Source of the DNA: Candidatus Multivorans sp.
Lineage (GTDB): Bacteria; Acidobacteriota; Thermoanaerobaculia; Multivoradales; Multivoraceae
Direction: 5' to 3'
Assembly (NCBI GenBank): GCA_965224025.1
Contig: OZ245033.1
Coordinates: 1,952,001 to 2,016,000, forward strand
Length of the DNA: 64,000 nucleotides
The notes under the pieces are model-generated. The model was given only the letters and a program-made list of their open reading frames with translations. It was not told the DNA's origin and did no database searches. Below are positions 61,899 to 64,000 of this stretch, in pieces; the stretch's first letter is position 1, and the number at the start of each line of letters is the position of its first letter. The translations under genes and the position numbers were made by a program.

Positions 61899-63158
61899 GT
61901 GAACTCATGCGCGTGGTTGCTATGGACGCCGTTGGTTCAGGCACAGACGATCAAGGAAGAGACACTCCAGCGGATGCAGAAGCAGATCCGCGACGACAAG
62001 TTCGACCAGGTGCTGCCGCGGGCGATGCGCGACAACGGCGTGGACATGTGGATTCACGTGATCCGCGACCGGAATCCCGATCCGATCGCCCGCAACCTGG
62101 GCGGCGAATCGGGGGTCTTCGTGTTCACGGACCGTGGCGGCGACCGGACCGGACGGGCGATCCTCGGCGGGACCGACGAGGCGCTGTGGGGAGACGAGGC
62201 TTACGACCTGTTCGTGGGCGAGGAAGGCATCGAGGGTGATCCTGGCTGGCAGAACGTCGTCGGTGACTTCGTGGCCGAGCGCGACCCCGAACGCATCGCG
62301 GTCAACTTGGCGAAGCAGAACCCCTTGGCGGACGGAATCTCCCACACGGACTACGAGACGCTGGTGGACGCCCTGGGCGAGAAGTACGCGTCCCGGGTCG
62401 TTTCCGCGGAGGGCGTGATCTCCGACTTCGTGGCAGGCATCGTCGTCGGCGAGATCGCGCTCGCCGGCTACTTCGGAATGCTGACGATGCAGACCCTGGA
62501 CGAGGAGTTCGCGAAGATCGAACCCGGCGTCACCCGGCTGGAGGAGCTCGACGGCAACGTCTTCGTCCGGGACCCGGACGGCAACGAGGACAACAACGAG
62601 TACGTGCTGCAACGCGGCGACCTCATCACGATCCTGAACGGCGCCGGCGAGGGCTGGTTCGTTGCCGACCTCGGGGGCAACGGCTACCTGCTGCGGGAGG
62701 ACGAAACGGAGCTGCCGCCGCGGGTGCAACGGATCTGGGATCACGCGATGCAGGTGCGAGAGATCCTTCGCGTCAACATCCGCATCGGCCCGACGGCGGG
62801 AGAGACTCTGGCGCTGCTCGCCGAGAAGATCGAAGAAGCAGGCTTCCTCTACATCGACAGGGACCAGTACGACGCGACGCTCGATCCCACAAAGACCCAG
62901 GTCCACCTCGACCTCCACGCCCAAGGGCGGCGCGACATGGACGCGCCCCGGATCTCGCCGCTAGGCGGTGACTGGCAGCGGGACATGAAGCTGCCGCTCT
63001 TCCACAGCTTCACACTCGAGTACATGGTCCACATGCCCGTGCCGGAATGGGGCCCCGACAAGCACCTGTACATCGCCTTCCACGACGGCGCGATCGTTAC
63101 GCCGCGCGGGATCGAGTTTCCGTATCCGCCGGACCCGGGGATCCGGCTCATCCGCTAG
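61899..63158 (+). CDS. Second M24-like peptidase paralog with divergent metal ligands
   Basis: IRDDKFDQVLPRAMRDNGVDMWI matches the upstream paralog; start uncertain. Confidence 0.75.
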   Translation: MNSCAWLLWTPLVQAQTIKEETLQRMQKQIRDDKFDQVLPRAMRDNGVDMWIHVIRDRNPDPIARNLGGESGVFVFTDRGGDRTGRAILGGTDEALWGDEAYDLFVGEEGIEGDPGWQNVVGDFVAERDPERIAVNLAKQNPLADGISHTDYETLVDALGEKYASRVVSAEGVISDFVAGIVVGEIALAGYFGMLTMQTLDEEFAKIEPGVTRLEELDGNVFVRDPDGNEDNNEYVLQRGDLITILNGAGEGWFVADLGGNGYLLREDETELPPRVQRIWDHAMQVREILRVNIRIGPTAGETLALLAEKIEEAGFLYIDRDQYDATLDPTKTQVHLDLHAQGRRDMDAPRISPLGGDWQRDMKLPLFHSFTLEYMVHMPVPEWGPDKHLYIAFHDGAIVTPRGIEFPYPPDPGIRLIR

Positions 63159-63161
63159 CGG

Positions 63162-63506
63162 CTAGCCGTCAACTTGGATCAGCAGCCGACAGTGATCGCT
63201 CGCACCCCACCCCTCCACGGAGTTCAACGCGCACGTTCGGATCTTCTCGTGAAAGCCGCGTGAGGCGAACACATAGTCGAGCTGCTTGGTTGCCTGAGCG
63301 GGCTCGCCCTCGTGCGTCGTGTAGAACTTGTACCAGTCCGAGTTCCAGCAGTGAGAGTTCCAATGCCCCTCGGGAATCTCTCCTAGTCGGCGCAGATGGG
63401 GAGTGGAGGCTTCTTGCAGCAGAGCAACGTCGACGTCCATCTCCCGGAGTTGGTCCCACGGCTTCTTGCGTCCCGCGATGTTCCAGCACACTACTCTCGT
63501 CGTCAC
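63162..63506 (-). pseudogene. Endonuclease/exonuclease/phosphatase family, internally deleted
   Basis: CWNI, LLQE, LDYVF, SDH present but the central GDxN region is missing (114 aa). Confidence 0.7.
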
Positions 63507-63609
63507 TCGCCCACCTCAAGTCTTGCGTCGATTCTCGTCACTCGACCGTCGCCCGCTCTTTCGCTCCCCACCACCGCAGGCTTTCTCGACCTCCGGCGCG
63601 GTCCCAGCC

Positions 63610-63945
63610 TCAAAGGTCGACCCCGTCTTCGCGGATCGTCCGGCGCATGTCCTCCGTCGCCGACTCGATGGGGATGATGTCGATGTTGAACTCGGTCAAC
63701 TCCTCCGCCTGCGCGGAAACGCTGAAGAAGCTCTCCACCGGAAGACCGGCCACGGCGAGGTCGATGTCCGAGCGCCAGGTAAACCGACGCTCTGGAACGA
63801 ATGCCGAGCCGATGCTGACGACGCGGCTGGCGCCTTGCTGTTTCAGAAACGCGGCGATCTGGCGAGCATCCCTGCGGGCCTTGGCCCTGCGGCCAGGCGG
63901 CAACCTCGTGCGACGGACATGGTCAAGGAGTACACGACGATCCAC
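63610..63945 (-). CDS. Minimal nucleotidyltransferase (MNT) domain protein; no intact HEPN partner seen
   Basis: IGS...SDIDLAV, IDII...EDGVDL. Confidence 0.75.
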   Translation of the reverse strand: MDRRVLLDHVRRTRLPPGRRAKARRDARQIAAFLKQQGASRVVSIGSAFVPERRFTWRSDIDLAVAGLPVESFFSVSAQAEELTEFNIDIIPIESATEDMRRTIREDGVDL

Positions 63946-64000
63946 CAGGTCCAAGTATAAGTGCGGTCAGGTCACGGACTACGCTCCAACCACCGCCTCG

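Overview
GC-rich bacterial window, probably Acidobacteria/Thermoanaerobaculia-like (inferred from gene content only). It has three parts. (1) A short core block at 6.2-14.1 kb: tRNA-Gly/Tyr/Thr, rlmB, ispDF, frr, pyrH, tsf, rpsB, rpsI, rplM, argF. (2) A heavily rearranged accessory region with sulfatases, a PQQ dehydrogenase, TonB-dependent receptors, M24 peptidases and many deletion-type pseudogenes. (3) Mobile and defence elements. The mobile elements are an intact IS110 whose left end encodes a readable bridge RNA (all four guide segments match its own target and donor sites, and a promoter forms at the circle junction), two IS1595 cargo transposons that each carry a methyltransferase-nuclease fusion (one apparently frame-switched by a 7x8-bp repeat), and three ISL3 copies or fragments. 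The defence elements are a type I R-M locus interleaved with a PHP-ATPase, an AlbA_2 protein, an AbiE toxin-antitoxin pair and a broken Fic gene, plus Abi, VapBC and type III mod remnants. All calls come from reading the sequence by eye; no database searches were run.
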